DNA of 64,000 nt from a virus (taxonomy: Duplodnaviria > Caudoviricetes). Position 1 is the first letter of the stretch, and the number at the start of each line of letters is the position of its first letter. A model generated the notes under the pieces. That model made no database searches. It saw only the letters and a program-made list of their open reading frames with translations, and was not told the DNA's origin. The position numbers were made by a program, and so were the translations under genes. Location: positions 1 through 64,000 of the IMG/VR virus record IMGVR_UViG_3300022309_000005, one strand, 5' to 3'. Below are positions 62,307-64,000 of the stretch, piece by piece.

Positions 62307-63416
62307 CTACTCCGCCTCGAGCAGGGCCGTCAACGTGTCCTCGACGGTAGCCCGCCTGGCCGGCACCGGAGGGGCGCCGGGGTGCGTCTTGATGCTGCTT
62401 GACGCCTGGATGGCCGCTTGCGTGGAGGCGATGTTCACCTTCGCGACTTCCGCGGCCTTCCGCTGCTCGATGATGGCCCGGATCTCCGGGTTCATCGCAA
62501 CGGCCTGATCGTAGGCGGTTTCGAGGTCCGGCGCAAGCCCGGACTGGATGAGGAGCCCCATCTTCTCGCGCACGTCCGAGAAGAACGGGCGATCCCTGCC
62601 GAACGCCTCGACCGCATCCGCAGCGCGTTCCTGTTCGCGCCGCGCGCTCGACGTGGCCGCCGTGGCGATCTGTTGCTGGAGGGTGGCAATCTGCTGGAGG
62701 GCCTGATCGAGCCGCGGGTCCGAGCGGGGCTGGGGATTGCCGTCTGCCCCGCCGAGCCCGAGCGCGTCGTTGATGGCCTCCAGGTCGATCCGGTTGCGCT
62801 TGATGAGCGTCGCCACGGCCTCCGGCGCCCTGGGGCTCTGGAGCGTCGCGGCGAACTGCAAGAGGCTCTGGATCGCCGGGAGGGGTTCGGCGCCCATCGC
62901 GCGCAGCATCGGCTCGTAGGGCCGGATGGCGCCCTCGATCTCCTCCCGCCACCGCTTGTTTTCGATGGCCCTGGTCATGGCCGTCGAGACGTTGCGCTCC
63001 CGCCGGTCGATCTCCTGCTGCGCCCAGTCCGGGAGCTCGCCGAACCGCTCGCGCATCGCCGGCCCCCACGCCTGGGGAGCGCGGATCTTCGGGGCGGTCT
63101 TCGCCGGGTCCGCGGCCACCTCGGGCGGCTTCTCGCCGGGCGCCGGGGGCTCGACCTTCGCCTCGGGCTTGGGCTTCTCGGCCTTGGCGTCTCCAGCCGC
63201 CTTCGCCGCCGGCTCCGGGGCCTTCGCGAAGCGCCCGGCGTCGTCGCGTGGCTTCTCGGCCTTCGCCGGCTCCGAAGCGGCCGGCGCCGTCTCCACCGGG
63301 GCCTCGGGGGCGGCCGGAACCGCCGCCGGGGTGGCCGCCTGTGGTGGGGCCGGAGCCGGGCTGGCCTCGCTCACCGCCGCGTCGTACGCCTCGCCAATCG
63401 CTTGATCCAGGTCCAT
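62307..63416 (-). CDS. Scaffolding protein, copy B
   Basis: Homologue of 25975..27084. Confidence 0.75.
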   Translation of the reverse strand: MDLDQAIGEAYDAAVSEASPAPAPPQAATPAAVPAAPEAPVETAPAASEPAKAEKPRDDAGRFAKAPEPAAKAAGDAKAEKPKPEAKVEPPAPGEKPPEVAADPAKTAPKIRAPQAWGPAMRERFGELPDWAQQEIDRRERNVSTAMTRAIENKRWREEIEGAIRPYEPMLRAMGAEPLPAIQSLLQFAATLQSPRAPEAVATLIKRNRIDLEAINDALGLGGADGNPQPRSDPRLDQALQQIATLQQQIATAATSSARREQERAADAVEAFGRDRPFFSDVREKMGLLIQSGLAPDLETAYDQAVAMNPEIRAIIEQRKAAEVAKVNIASTQAAIQASSSIKTHPGAPPVPARRATVEDTLTALLEAE

Positions 63417-63440
63417 GGCTCCCTCGGGTGTGTCGCGGGC

Positions 63441-63878
63441 CTACCGCCCGCGGTCCTGCTCGTGCATGGCGCGGCCGATGGTCTCCTCGAGCCGCCGTGT
63501 CCCGTCGCCCCCGCCGCTCAGGAAGCGGGCGCGGTCCTGCTCCGCCCTGGCCCAGACCCCGGCGTAGTCGCTGGCGTCCGCGAGCCCGTTCTGCCGCATG
63601 TAGTCCCGCCGCTTCCGCCGCGAGCCGATGTCCGTCCCGTCCGTGGCCCGCGTCCCGTCCATGTAGAGGTCGGTCACCACCGCCACCCGGCCGAACGTGT
63701 CCGCGGCCTCGGGCGCCCGGTACTCGGACGCCGGGACGAGCGCGCGCCGTTCGCGGTCCCAGATCCACCGCCCACGTTGCGGCTTCGACTCGCCGAAGAC
63801 CGCCTCATGCTGCGCTCGGAATCCGTCCGTCACCTCGTACCGCTGCGCGCTCCGGCCCTTGTGGCTGCGCTCGCTCAT
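63441..63878 (-). CDS. Conserved head-module protein, copy B
   Basis: Homologue of 27109..27546. Confidence 0.65.
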   Translation of the reverse strand: MSERSHKGRSAQRYEVTDGFRAQHEAVFGESKPQRGRWIWDRERRALVPASEYRAPEAADTFGRVAVVTDLYMDGTRATDGTDIGSRRKRRDYMRQNGLADASDYAGVWARAEQDRARFLSGGGDGTRRLEETIGRAMHEQDRGR

Positions 63879-64000
63879 CGCCGCTTGCCCTTCTTCTTCG
63901 TCTCCTCGACGGGCTCGTAGGCCGCCTCGAAGAGATCCGCTTCCATCGTGAAGAGTCCGCCCGGGCCCTTGATGAGGTAGCATCCAGGACGAACTCGCAA
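63875..64000 (-). CDS. C-terminal part of a gene in the variable post-portal slot
   Basis: ...RVRPGCYLIKGPGGLFTMEADLFEAAYEPVEE..., resembling the C-terminus of 49389..49655. Confidence 0.55.
   Translation of the reverse strand: MRVRPGCYLIKGPGGLFTMEADLFEAAYEPVEETKKKGKRR

Larger units (their letters stand above)
36298..64000. mobile_element. Second, diverged tandem copy of the same phage type (copy B), truncated at the window end before the portal gene
   Basis: Colinear homologues of copy A genes at ~36.3-kb offset, with many substitutions and swapped accessory genes. Confidence 0.9.

Noticed and set aside
36298-64000. Copy B as a pure assembly duplication of copy A
   Set aside because: Substitutions occur throughout and whole genes are non-homologous. 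A chimeric join of two real genomes is still possible.
1-64000. Specific host assignment
   Set aside because: Very high GC and a Gram-negative-type lysis cassette are suggestive, but no host gene is present, so no taxon can be supported.

Overview
The whole 64-kb window is phage DNA from a very GC-rich source; no host housekeeping gene was recognised. It holds two related but clearly diverged copies of a ~36.3-kb podovirus-type genome in direct head-to-tail tandem (homologue offsets 36,241-36,333 bp; major capsid proteins differ at 14 of 324 residues by manual count). One period contains: a minus-strand replication/methylation arm, a ribbon-helix-helix repressor with back-to-back promoters, a plus-strand arm of small genes plus a recombination module, a structured non-coding region, a minus-strand lysis/tail/ejection/head/packaging module, and a plus-strand early-gene island behind a near-consensus sigma70 promoter. 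No integrase, transposase or partition gene was recognised in a full period. Structural genes are colinear and highly similar. Early genes, and even domains inside proteins, are swapped precisely at short conserved linker sequences. Other notable features are an apparently expandable array of promoter-plus-structured-RNA cassettes (1 in copy A, 3 in copy B), a C5 methyltransferase with a nested out-of-frame subunit, and divergent repressor/operator pairs. Copy A and copy B are labels by position only; the true junction cannot be placed from this window. All alignments and family calls were made by eye, without database searches.
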